Assembly: GCA_031425655.1 (NCBI GenBank)
Contig: JANPJS010000149.1
Location: forward strand, 1-20,018
DNA from: Abditibacteriaceae bacterium
GTDB lineage: Bacteria > Armatimonadota > Abditibacteriia > Abditibacteriales > Abditibacteriaceae
DNA length: 20,018 bases
Direction: 5' to 3'
The first letter of the stretch is position 1, and every line of letters begins with the position of its first letter. Positions 1 through 8,427 of this stretch are shown here, piece by piece. A program made the position numbers and the translations under genes. The notes below the pieces were generated by a model. The model made no database searches. It was given only the letters and a program-made list of their open reading frames with translations, and had not been told where the DNA came from.

Positions 1-674
1 GCGATGGCGTGACCGATGCCCGCGCTCAAGCCGCGCAGCCGCGCCCGATTGAGCTGCACTTCGATGTAGTTGCGCGCACTGATTTGCGAAGTGTGCGCTT
101 CCATCGAGGCTTTCCACGTTGCGACAGTTTCTGAAACATCCACTAAAATCGGCGTGATGTCGTGCGGTTCGGCTTCGAGTGAAACGGCGTAAAAGAAGAG
201 TTGCGTAATCGAATGCGGCGCGAACTCGCGCAATTCCTCAACGCCGCCGTAACGCGCAAGGCGGGCGGCGTCACGCACTAAGCGGCCCAGGCGAGCGTGA
301 TCGGGATGCTGGTTTTCGACCACGCTCGGCGCAAAAACAAGGGCCGGTTTAAGGCGCCGAATAAGAGAAGCTATTTTCAAGGCGTGAGCGGTGCGAACTT
401 CCAGATGAGCATCGCCATCCAGTTCGAGAAATTCCAGCGTTGCCCCTAAAATTTCTGCGGCATGTTGCGATTCTGTGGTGCGAATTTCGGGCGTGCCGTA
501 AGTTCCGGCCTCGCCGCGCGAACAAACGACCATGTGAACGGGCCTTCCGGCGCGTGTTTCCGAAGTGATCACGCCGCCGCATCCAAACTCGATGTCGTCG
601 GGATGCGCTCCAAAAGCCAAAAGCGACGGCAAATCGGCAGCGGTATCAATCGGGAAATTGGGTGTAGGCTTCAT
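1..674 (-). CDS. PIG-L/LmbE-family N-acetylglucosaminyl deacetylase, BshB1-like (3' end runs off the window)
   Basis: Absent from the ORF track because there is no stop in the window. Manual translation from ATG 674: MKPTPNFPIDTAADLPSLLAFGAHPDDIEFGCGG...VVCSRGEAGTYGTPEIRTTES...ENQHPDHARLG...RARLRGLSAGIGHAI. It has the AHPDD and HPDH zinc-deacetylase motifs. The start is uncertain (TTG near 632 is an alternative). Confidence 0.85.
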   Translation of the reverse strand, partial: MKPTPNFPIDTAADLPSLLAFGAHPDDIEFGCGGVITSETRAGRPVHMVVCSRGEAGTYGTPEIRTTESQHAAEILGATLEFLELDGDAHLEVRTAHALKIASLIRRLKPALVFAPSVVENQHPDHARLGRLVRDAARLARYGGVEELREFAPHSITQLFFYAVSLEAEPHDITPILVDVSETVATWKASMEAHTSQISARNYIEVQLNRARLRGLSAGIGHAI

Positions 675-1419
675 TCAAATGCTCAATCGGGTCGCGCGGC
701 ACATAAGTAATTTCGGGGGCATCGTCTTGGCGCAGATATGCTTGTTCGCCAGCTCCGCACACGTAATGCGTGCAACCAACAACCGATTGCATCCACGTCA
801 GGCGCGTGTCACGCGCCGGACTCACTTGCTCTTTCGTAAAAGCCGTCGGCGGCAGGCTCACGAACGAATCGCCGCCTTCGTGCAGAGTGAAAGCCTCGTT
901 GCCGTAGCGGGCACGCACGATTTCACCCTGATACGGAACGTCCACGAAAAAGTCCGGCACCTCGCAAGCGGCGCGGCGAAATGCGGCATCACTCGAACGC
1001 ACGACGCGAATGCCATCAAGCAAGCCCATAAATTCATACATTTGCAGGCAAAAATCCGCGACATTTGTCAACGCAGCGCTTTGGAAGGCTTCTACGGCGC
1101 GCGAATCCAAATAATCGGGCAAGCGCCGCAAGGTTTTCTCTTTCCATTCGGGCAAGACGCGCTTCAAATGTAAAGGCGTAAATTTGCGTTGAATCTTGTT
1201 GGCGAAAGCGAAGTTCATTTCGCAGGCGGCGCCGGAATCGTGGCGATGGAGAATGGTTTTTGTTTCGCGCGGATCATGATCGCTATCGTGGTAGAAAAAG
1301 ACGATTTCTCCGCCGATTTCGCTTTGCAGACGCCGCGCCGCCGTGAATTTGGCAACGAGAAAGCGCTTCGGAAAAAACCCGCACGGCTGCTGGCCAAAAC
1401 AAATAATCGGGTCGCTCAT
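646..1419 (-). CDS. Short BshC-like protein (putative cysteine-adding ligase, Rossmann core only), 257 aa
   Basis: ATG 1419 overlaps the symporter stop (ATGA). Motifs FGQQPCG..AK, IVFFYHDSDHDPRE and SPARDTRLTWMQSVV..HYVCGAGEQAY occur in the same order as the BshC motifs I recall: GQQxG..K, VFWxAxEDHDxxE and FSxxVxxRPLxQ...GPGExxY. Confidence 0.65.
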   Translation of the reverse strand: MSDPIICFGQQPCGFFPKRFLVAKFTAARRLQSEIGGEIVFFYHDSDHDPRETKTILHRHDSGAACEMNFAFANKIQRKFTPLHLKRVLPEWKEKTLRRLPDYLDSRAVEAFQSAALTNVADFCLQMYEFMGLLDGIRVVRSSDAAFRRAACEVPDFFVDVPYQGEIVRARYGNEAFTLHEGGDSFVSLPPTAFTKEQVSPARDTRLTWMQSVVGCTHYVCGAGEQAYLRQDDAPEITYVPRDPIEHLNEAYTQFPD

Positions 1420-3131
1420 CGAAGAGAATCGCTTTCCTCTTTCGGAGAATTTTGGCCCAACATCGCCTGAAAAATCAGCGCAATAACCATGCACATCGCG
1501 CAGCCGATGATGTTATACCAGAGGTAACTGATCTTGAGCACGTTGTAAAGCACGAAAACCAGCAGTTGCGCCACAATGGCCGCCCAGAAAATCGCCGTTC
1601 CTCCGATGCGCCGCACGAAGAACGCTACCAAAAACATCGCCAGAACTACGCCGTAAAAAATCGAACCTAAGATATTGACCGCTTCGATTAAATTCTCGAC
1701 CATATTGGCGAAAAGCGCGAAGCCGATGGCGACAAGGCCCCAGAAAATCGTGAAATAGCGCGAAGCCTTCACATAATGGGCATCTTCGGCGTCGCGTTTC
1801 ACCAGATGACGATAAAGGTCAACGGTTGTCGTCGAACCCAGCGCGTTCAATTCGGCGGCTTTGGAAGCTAAAGTTGACGAGAAAAAGACCGCAATCAACA
1901 AACCGATTAAACCGTGCGGCAAGTGACGCAAAATGAAAGTGATGAAAACGTAATCGGAATCGCTGGCTTTGGCATCGGGAGTAGCTTTTTGCAGCGCCTT
2001 TTTGGCTTCGGCGCGAATATCTTCGCTGCGTTTATGCGCTACTAAAGCCGCCGCGCGCGTTTTGACTTCTAATTCCGGGTTAGTGCCGTGTTTGGCTTCG
2101 AGCCACCGGCGAATGGCGGCTTCTTTTTCGATGTGCGAGGCGTCGAACTTCTTTTCCAGCGAACGCAGTTGGCCGTCTGAATCCTGCGCCAAAGCCGCTT
2201 TCCATGCGGTTTCGTTGAAGAAAACCGGCGGTTTATCGAACTGATAGAACACAAAAAGCAAAGCGCCCAGCAGCAAAATAAAGAACTGCATCGGAATCTT
2301 GCAAACGCCGTTGAACATCAGCCCCAGACGGCTTTCGCGCAAAGACGCACCGGAAATATAACGCTGAACCTGCGATTGATCCGTCCCGAAATACGAAAGC
2401 GCCAAAAACATTCCGCCTAATAGGCCCGACCAAAAGGTGTAGCGCTTATCCGGGTTTAATGAGAAATCTACCGCTTCCAGCTTGTTGAATCCGCCCGCCA
2501 CAACAAACGCATCTGGCAAAGTGATTTGCGATTGTAATCGCACGAGTAAAACGACAAAAGCCGCTGCCATGCCCGCGAAAATAACGCCTAATTGATACTT
2601 TTGCGTATGACTGACGGCGTCGCTGCCACCAGCGACCGTATAGGCAATCACGACCAGACCGCTGCAAATAATCGTCGCGTCCAACCTCCAGTTCATTACG
2701 GTCGAAAGCACAATCGCGGGCGCATAAATGGTGATGCCCGCGCCCAGTCCGCGCTGCAAAAGAAAGAGAGCGGCGCCCAGCAAGCGCGTTTTAGTATCGA
2801 AGCGCTGTCCGAGAAATTCGTAGGCGGTATAAACCTTAAGGCGCCGGTAAATCGGCAGGAAGAAAACCGAAATGATAATCAGCGCGAAGGGCGCGCCGAA
2901 GTAATTTTGCACAAAGCCGAGGCCGTCTTCGTAGCCCTGCCCCGGCGTCGAAAGAAAAGTAATGGCGCTGGCCTGCGTAGCCATGACGGACAGGCCAATA
3001 ACCGGCCAATTCGTGTCGCCCACACCTTTCAAATAAGTGTTGAGGTCACGGCGGCCCCGCGTGCGCCACACGCCGTAAACCGCGATGCTGAGGATCGTGC
3101 CGAGCAGCACCAAGTAATCAAGCAGATTCAA
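1416..3131 (-). CDS. Sodium:solute symporter (SSS family), about 571 aa
   Basis: Many hydrophobic helices and SSS motifs (SVMATQASAITFLSTPG, TAYEFLGQRFD, YFGTDQSQVQRY, GLIGLLIAVFFS). The likely start is TTG 3131, overlapping the upstream stop (TTGA), rather than 3212. Confidence 0.92.
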   Translation of the reverse strand: MNLLDYLVLLGTILSIAVYGVWRTRGRRDLNTYLKGVGDTNWPVIGLSVMATQASAITFLSTPGQGYEDGLGFVQNYFGAPFALIIISVFFLPIYRRLKVYTAYEFLGQRFDTKTRLLGAALFLLQRGLGAGITIYAPAIVLSTVMNWRLDATIICSGLVVIAYTVAGGSDAVSHTQKYQLGVIFAGMAAAFVVLLVRLQSQITLPDAFVVAGGFNKLEAVDFSLNPDKRYTFWSGLLGGMFLALSYFGTDQSQVQRYISGASLRESRLGLMFNGVCKIPMQFFILLLGALLFVFYQFDKPPVFFNETAWKAALAQDSDGQLRSLEKKFDASHIEKEAAIRRWLEAKHGTNPELEVKTRAAALVAHKRSEDIRAEAKKALQKATPDAKASDSDYVFITFILRHLPHGLIGLLIAVFFSSTLASKAAELNALGSTTTVDLYRHLVKRDAEDAHYVKASRYFTIFWGLVAIGFALFANMVENLIEAVNILGSIFYGVVLAMFLVAFFVRRIGGTAIFWAAIVAQLLVFVLYNVLKISYLWYNIIGCAMCMVIALIFQAMLGQNSPKEESDSLR

Positions 3132-3295
3132 GCGAACACTCTCGATAATATAGTGAGTAAAAGCACATAAATTAGGAAAACGATGACTACAAACCTGTAA
3201 ACACTGCTCCAAGTGGGCAGAAGTGGCAGGCTGGTGCCGTCGTCTTCGGGAGTCGGGGGAACGTCAACTTTTGGTGAATGAGGATCGAAGTTCAT
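3128..3295 (-). CDS. 55-aa single-TM membrane protein, probable accessory subunit of the symporter
   Basis: MNFDPHSPKVDVPPTPEDDGTSLPLLPTWSSVYRFVVIVFLIYVLLLTILSRVFA. It fills the gap exactly, with ATGA and TTGA overlaps to its two neighbours. Confidence 0.75.
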   Translation of the reverse strand: MNFDPHSPKVDVPPTPEDDGTSLPLLPTWSSVYRFVVIVFLIYVLLLTILSRVFA

Positions 3296-5796
3296 CGGCC
3301 CAGCGACACCAAATTCGCAAGAAGGCGATAAGCGCCCGGCACTCCGGCAGGAAGTTGGCGAAAGAAGGCCAGCCCCGTATAAACGAAGTTGCCCCGACCA
3401 TGTGGAGCCACCAAAAGCCCGCCTTTGAGCGCTTCTTCGCCCGCATCGCCCGCTGCCAATAAAGGCGTAAAGCGCGCGTCCCACTGGCTTGGATAGTAAA
3501 TGCCGCGCTCTTGAACCCAGCCCTCAAAATCAGCCTGAGTAATCTTGTTGGGCGTATTAAACGCAGGATGATCCGGCGCCAGCAGAGTCACGGGCGCGTT
3601 CTCGTTTGTCACGCGCAATCCCGATAGCGCGAGATCAAACGGCGCGATTTGCTTGACTTGCAGATTATTGGGCCGATTGTATTGGGCGATGACATTTCCG
3701 CCACCTTCGACATAAGCAAACAAACCGGCCAAGCCGCCAGCCAAATCGGTTCGCACATTAAAAGCGCGCACGCCGATGACAACGGCATCGAAGCGACGCA
3801 GGCGTTCCGGGGCTAAATCCGCGCCCGATAACGACGTGACGACATAACCCATTTCTTCGAGTGCAGCCGCTACGCTGTCACCTGCGCCGGGCAAATAACC
3901 GACTTCGCGGCCACGAATGGCCAGATCAAGAACAATCGCTTTCAGCCGCGCCGGTGATTGAACTATGAGCCGGGGAATATGCGCGTAATTGATTTCCACG
4001 CGCTGCGTGTCAATCTGTTTTCCATCCACTTCGGCCCGCGCCGTGATATTCGCTGAGATTGCTCGATTGGGCGCTGTGACGTTGAACGAAAGTCGTGCGC
4101 GTTCGCCACTTGCGGCAAGGCGAAACGCCTGTGTCGCCGGCTCAACTTTCCAATCTGCCGGCAAATCTAACCGAAGCCAACCGGAAGTATTGGCACGCGA
4201 AGCAACGACTTCGACGATTACGGGCCGGGAAGCGCCGGGCGCAAAAAGACGCACCTCGCTGGTAAGATGCAGCGATACCGGCGCAATAATTTCCAAGCGC
4301 CTGCGTGATTCGCCTTTATTCGGGTCGGTGAGAACCTGCACCGGCTCGTCGTCTAAGGTTATGCGCTGGCCGCCAATCTCAAAGATGTGTTGCACCACAA
4401 AAGGCGGCGCATTTTCAGCCTGACCGATCAACTTTGGGTCAGTGACACGCGCCATGCCTGCCGTCGGCTCGTCGCGCAGCCAGTAGGGTTGGCTCAGGGA
4501 CATTTCGGGTAACAACTGCAATGTTTCGCGCGTCGCCGCTACTCTCGGCTTCAATGGAATCATCTCAGACACCTGAGCGCCATTCGCCGGGTATTTCACC
4601 GCCAACCACTTGACAGGCACAGCAGAGCGCGCTGTTGCCGCATGACGCAGGTTCATCTTATCGCCGGACACGACTCCGGCTTGAGGAACAATTGTTTCAA
4701 CGGTCAGGCCGACGCAATGCCCGATAATCAGGTCAAGGTCGCGGCGTTTTTCCTCCACGATGGAATCGGCGGGTAGGGCATTCAATCGGGTGCGGAGTTG
4801 CAAAAGTGCGGGGATGCTGGCGTCAGGCTTGTTTTGGTCAAAGGCGGCCAGAACTTCGTTCGCCGAACGGGCAACGTCGGCCCCGCCCGGCACGCGGTTC
4901 CAGGTGCTGTCCACACCTTCCAAAATGTCTTTGGTTGCCGGTTCGCCGCCCAAAAGCTGAAAGGTTTCCGCTCGCGCTTCGCCGGCTGTGTAACCGGCAA
5001 AACCCTGACTGATATGCATGGCGCGGCTACGCTCGGCGATTTTCGTGAACGGCTGACCAAGCACGGGATCAACGCCGCTGATGTCCATTTGCAACGCGCC
5101 GGCTCCGCGCCCATTCTGCAAAATTCTCTTTGGCTGCCAAGTTTTCAGTGCGCCCAGTTGCTCCGGGAATGCTTTGGCATCACCGGCCAGCTTAAAGGCT
5201 TCAACCGCTAAAACAGCCGAAGCGGTGTGGTGCCCATGCGTGCCGCCGGGTTCAGGCGAAAAGCGAGTAATGATAACGTCGGGGCGAAAGGTGCGAATGA
5301 TGCGAACGACATCCGCCAACACCTGCTGATGATCCCAGATATTGAGGGTTTCGCGGTAATCTTTGGAGAATCCAAAGTCCAGCGCGCGTGTGAAGAATTG
5401 CTGTGCGCCATCAAGTCGTCGTGCCGCCAAAAGCTCCTGAGTGCGAATCATGCCGAGCTGCGCGCCGAATTCGCCGCCAATCACGTTTTGGCCGCCATCG
5501 CCGCGCGTCAGGGAAAGATAAGCGGTGCGATAAGCCCGTCCTCGCGCCAGATAAGTAATGAGTTGAGTGTTTTCATCGTCGGGATGAGCCGCGACGTAAA
5601 GCACGCTACCCATCTCACGAAAACGGCGAAGTTCCTGTTGAATCGCAACGCCCGACGGCGATGCTTCAGCCGCCGCAGGGCGTTGTCCCACAAGCGCAGC
5701 GCACAGCACAGCCGCGATTACAGGAAATTTAGGAAGAGAACTTTTCAGGGCGCTCCGGTAGCGATTGAGCGACACGAACGACTTGATAATAAACAT
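3292..5796 (-). CDS. Large exported PIG-L/LmbE-family deacetylase with a NEW3/Ig-like domain and a C-terminal class I glutamine-amidotransferase-like domain
   Basis: Signal-like N-terminus (VIAAVLCAALVGQRPAAA), AHPDDE, TRGDGGQN, R..E...AR and HGHH motifs. An Ig-like segment (LRLDLPADWKVEP) precedes a GATase-like tail (FDAVVIGVRA..YVEGGGNVIAQY..GAYRLLANLVS). The start is uncertain (TTG 5802, ATG 5796 or later). Confidence 0.88.
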   Translation of the reverse strand: MFIIKSFVSLNRYRSALKSSLPKFPVIAAVLCAALVGQRPAAAEASPSGVAIQQELRRFREMGSVLYVAAHPDDENTQLITYLARGRAYRTAYLSLTRGDGGQNVIGGEFGAQLGMIRTQELLAARRLDGAQQFFTRALDFGFSKDYRETLNIWDHQQVLADVVRIIRTFRPDVIITRFSPEPGGTHGHHTASAVLAVEAFKLAGDAKAFPEQLGALKTWQPKRILQNGRGAGALQMDISGVDPVLGQPFTKIAERSRAMHISQGFAGYTAGEARAETFQLLGGEPATKDILEGVDSTWNRVPGGADVARSANEVLAAFDQNKPDASIPALLQLRTRLNALPADSIVEEKRRDLDLIIGHCVGLTVETIVPQAGVVSGDKMNLRHAATARSAVPVKWLAVKYPANGAQVSEMIPLKPRVAATRETLQLLPEMSLSQPYWLRDEPTAGMARVTDPKLIGQAENAPPFVVQHIFEIGGQRITLDDEPVQVLTDPNKGESRRRLEIIAPVSLHLTSEVRLFAPGASRPVIVEVVASRANTSGWLRLDLPADWKVEPATQAFRLAASGERARLSFNVTAPNRAISANITARAEVDGKQIDTQRVEINYAHIPRLIVQSPARLKAIVLDLAIRGREVGYLPGAGDSVAAALEEMGYVVTSLSGADLAPERLRRFDAVVIGVRAFNVRTDLAGGLAGLFAYVEGGGNVIAQYNRPNNLQVKQIAPFDLALSGLRVTNENAPVTLLAPDHPAFNTPNKITQADFEGWVQERGIYYPSQWDARFTPLLAAGDAGEEALKGGLLVAPHGRGNFVYTGLAFFRQLPAGVPGAYRLLANLVSLGR

Positions 5797-5802
5797 ACGC
5801 AA

Positions 5803-6357
5803 TTACTTCTTGACTGTGAAATGCACCGAGTATTGCGTGTTTTCCCACATCATTTTCAGCACTCCGCTGTTGGCATCGGCCCCTCTTTCGACCGCCATCG
5901 TGAACTGATCAATGGCGTTTGGCAGCGTGTCCTTCTTTAAATCAACACGAACGAGGTCTTGCTTCTCGTCATACTGCCCGCCCCATTGACCAACTTGCTT
6001 GCTGATAATCAGCTTGGCCGTTCCGTCTGCTGCAGGCAGCGTGAAAAGCGTGACCGCACCGGCAGGGATTGTCGTGCCGCCTACGTCAATCGGCTGCTGT
6101 GTGACCAGCATCGTCGCTTCGTTAGCGCCAGTGCGCCACACCTGGCCAAAAGGCACAAGGCCGCCCCAAATTTTGCGCGCGGCGCCGGTTTTGGGGTCTT
6201 TGGTAAACGGACGGCTGTAGTAAACCGTGACACGATTGCCGGCGACAACGGTGCCGGAAATGTCGGGCGGGCTGACGCGCTTTTGCTGTGCCATCAGCGG
6301 CACCGAAGCGACTAACAGGGTGGCTGCGGCGCAGCCCAGAAACTGACGTTTATTCAT
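5803..6357 (-). CDS. DUF2911-like exported protein, 184 aa
   Basis: ATG 6357 with an AGGAGA RBS and a signal peptide. Motifs RVSP, VYYSRP, IWGGLVPFGQVWRTGANEAT, IPAG..LFTLP, QWG..YD..QDLVRV and MWEN are typical of DUF2911. Confidence 0.85.
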   Translation of the reverse strand: MNKRQFLGCAAATLLVASVPLMAQQKRVSPPDISGTVVAGNRVTVYYSRPFTKDPKTGAARKIWGGLVPFGQVWRTGANEATMLVTQQPIDVGGTTIPAGAVTLFTLPAADGTAKLIISKQVGQWGGQYDEKQDLVRVDLKKDTLPNAIDQFTMAVERGADANSGVLKMMWENTQYSVHFTVKK

Positions 6358-6451
6358 GGTATCTCCTAAGAATCTCTGGAAGTTAAACCTGTGGATGCGC
6401 CTTTGTCTATGTCGGTAAGACTGTTGACGACACATTCAAAAGAAAGTCAGG

Positions 6452-6898
6452 CCTCATATTGGCAGCCGCGAGGCCCGCGACGAAGAAGTTGTTTTGTCGC
6501 AGCCTCTTGATCTCTTTGGCAAGCGCCGGGCGCAGGCGGGTGTCGCTGCTGCCGGATTGCGCCGCGCCGAGGCAGACGCCACGCTGTCCGAGCGGTCACT
6601 GGTGGTGCAGGTCAAAAATGCCGCCGCCGACCTATATGCCGCGCAGGAAGCCGAATCGTTGGGAGAAGTTCAAGTCGAAGTGGCCGTGCTGTTCCGTGAC
6701 GCCGCCGCGCGCCGTGCCCAGCTTGGCGATGTGCCACTGGTTCAAGTGCAGCGCGCCGATTTGGAACTCTTGCATGTGCAAAACGAGCTGACGAATGCTC
6801 AGGCCGAGCGTTTGGCGCGTCAGGCCGCGCTCACTCAATTGATCGCGCAGCCGCCCGAAACCCCGCTGCGCGTGGCCCTGCCGCTTGCCACCGGAGCG
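6452..6898 (+). pseudogene. Internal fragment of a TolC/CzcC-family outer-membrane efflux protein
   Basis: PHIGSREARDEEVVLSQPLDLFGKRRA...AARRAQLGDVPLVQVQRADLE...QAALTQLI is one OEP repeat. There is no signal peptide, RBS or second repeat, and the frame runs into a palindromic element at 6901. Confidence 0.75.
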
Positions 6899-6900
6899 GT

Positions 6901-6971
6901 TGTCATTCCGAGTGGAGAGGGCGCCCGTTTTGCTCGTGCCTCGTCCTGCCCCGCCTACGCTCGGAATGACA
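6901..6971. repeat. REP/MITE-like palindromic element
   Basis: Perfect 12-bp inverted repeat TGTCATTCCGAG (6901-6912) / CTCGGAATGACA (6960-6971), extending imperfectly inward. Confidence 0.7.
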
Positions 6972-6996
6972 CGTTTCTGTTGTCCTGAAAATCCTA

Positions 6997-7010
6997 ATGC
7001 GATTGCCCTG
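6997..7010 (+). mobile_element. Possible isolated IS end (ISAs1-like terminal inverted repeat)
   Basis: ATGCGATTGCCCTG (reverse complement CAGGGCAATCGCAT) resembles ISAs1-family termini as I recall them. It directly abuts the point where adaptor-like coding sequence begins. No transposase or partner end was seen. Confidence 0.35.
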
Positions 7011-7301
7011 ACCCGCGCCCTCATAGACAACCCCGGCCCGCTGCGACCCGGAATGTTCGCGCGCGGCCAAATCCAGACTGGCCTCGGCCAGTTGTCTCTC
7101 ACGGTTCCTGCATCCGCCGTGTTGGAAGACGGCGCGGCCAAAGTCGTCTTCGTGGCCCAAGGCGGCAAATACCAGCGGCGCGAGGTGACAATTGGCAACG
7201 AAAGCAATGGGCGCATTGAAGTCAAGAGCGGCTTGAAACAGGGCGAAACCGTAGTCACTGACGGCGCGCCCTCCCTGCGCGCTCAAGCCGCAAAATCGTA
7301 A
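7011..7301 (+). pseudogene. C-terminal fragment of an RND periplasmic adaptor (CusB/CzcB-like MFP)
   Basis: TRALIDNPGPLRPGMFARGQI...VPASAV...VFV...RREVTIG....IEVKSGLKQGETVVTDGA is the beta-barrel end and membrane-proximal domain only. Confidence 0.8.
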
Positions 7302-7322
7302 TTCTCAAGGAGATTGGAAGAA

Positions 7323-8426
7323 ATGAAGCACATCAAATTGTTGATAGCCTTGTCCGCCGTTTTGGGTATTGGCCTGCTGGCCGGATGCGGTTCGCAAAAC
7401 GGCGGCACAACGGAAACCGCCACGACAGAAACAGGCTCGCAAACCATCGCCAAAAGCGGCGCGCCCGAAGGCAGCAGCGCGCAGGAAGCGGCAGCTAAAA
7501 CCGGCGAACATCACGCCGATGAAGCAGAAGCCGCCAAGACCCACACGCACAGCACTAAGCTGGCTTTCAGCAGCGAACCGGCAGCCTTGCCTGTCGGCAA
7601 GGCCGCGACGTGGACGCTGAAAATCGCCGATGCCCAAAGCGGGCAGCCGGTCAAGAACTTTGATGTCGTCCACGACAAGCTGATGCATTTGATCGTGGTG
7701 AAAAACGACCTGTCGTGGTTCAACCACATTCATCCCACTCACAAGGGCAATGGTAGTTTTGTCGTCACGACGACCTTGCCAAAGGCCGGCACCTACAAGC
7801 TCTACGCCGACTATACACCCACAGGCAAGGCGCAAGAGGTGCCGCAGCATGAGTTCGCTACCGGCGGCGCGCAGCCGGCGCCAAGCTCGGTGCTTTTGGT
7901 GCCCGACAAAATGCAGGGCGCGTGGATGACCAAAAAAGTCATCGCGCATCCCGAAGGCGAGCCGGAAACCAAAGGCGGCGCGACCTACGAGGTCGCTCTG
8001 ATGCCCATGCCAATGCCGCTCTTAGCCGGTCAGGATTCGATGCTGCACTTCCAAGTCCGCGACGCCAAAGGCCAGCCGATTAAAGATTTGCAGCCTTATC
8101 TCGGCGCGCTGGGCCATTGCGTGATTTTGTCCAGCGATACCAAAGGATATTTGCACTCGCACCCGATGGAAGGTGGCGCCAAGCATGACATGAGCAAGAT
8201 GGGCGACATGAAAAGCATGAAGCACAGCGCGCCTCCCAAGAGCGGCGGGCCGGATGTTATGTTCCACACCAACTTCCCGTCGGCGGGGCTTTACAAGGCG
8301 TGGGGCCAGTTCATGCACAAGGGAAAAATCATCACAGCGGCTTTCGTGGTCAAAGTCGGCGCCGCCAAAATCAGCGCAGCCTCAGACGGCCACAACCACG
8401 ACGAATCGAAGCCGCATTCGCATTGA
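7323..8426 (+). CDS. His/Met-rich two-domain lipoprotein, putative periplasmic copper/heavy-metal-binding protein
   Basis: AAGGAG RBS, ATG 7323 and lipobox LLAG-C. Two related domains (HDKLMHLIVV..DLSWFNHIHP and YLGALGHCVILS.D..YLHSHP), a Met-rich loop KHDMSKMGDMKSMKH and a His-rich tail. Confidence 0.75.
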   Translation: MKHIKLLIALSAVLGIGLLAGCGSQNGGTTETATTETGSQTIAKSGAPEGSSAQEAAAKTGEHHADEAEAAKTHTHSTKLAFSSEPAALPVGKAATWTLKIADAQSGQPVKNFDVVHDKLMHLIVVKNDLSWFNHIHPTHKGNGSFVVTTTLPKAGTYKLYADYTPTGKAQEVPQHEFATGGAQPAPSSVLLVPDKMQGAWMTKKVIAHPEGEPETKGGATYEVALMPMPMPLLAGQDSMLHFQVRDAKGQPIKDLQPYLGALGHCVILSSDTKGYLHSHPMEGGAKHDMSKMGDMKSMKHSAPPKSGGPDVMFHTNFPSAGLYKAWGQFMHKGKIITAAFVVKVGAAKISAASDGHNHDESKPHSH

Positions 8427-8427
8427 T

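Noticed and set aside
349..6315. Plus-strand and off-frame ORFs over the left operon (e.g. 565..1173, 2592..3170, 5227..5940)
   Set aside because: They overlap well-supported minus-strand genes and have no recognisable motifs.
6424..6460. TTGACG as a -35 box for the right-hand block
   Set aside because: There is no acceptable -10 hexamer at 16-18 bp spacing.
6885..7010. A single frameshifted TolC-MFP fusion, or an intact 138-aa gene
   Set aside because: The first 42 or so codons are translated palindrome and scar sequence, and large parts of both proteins are missing.
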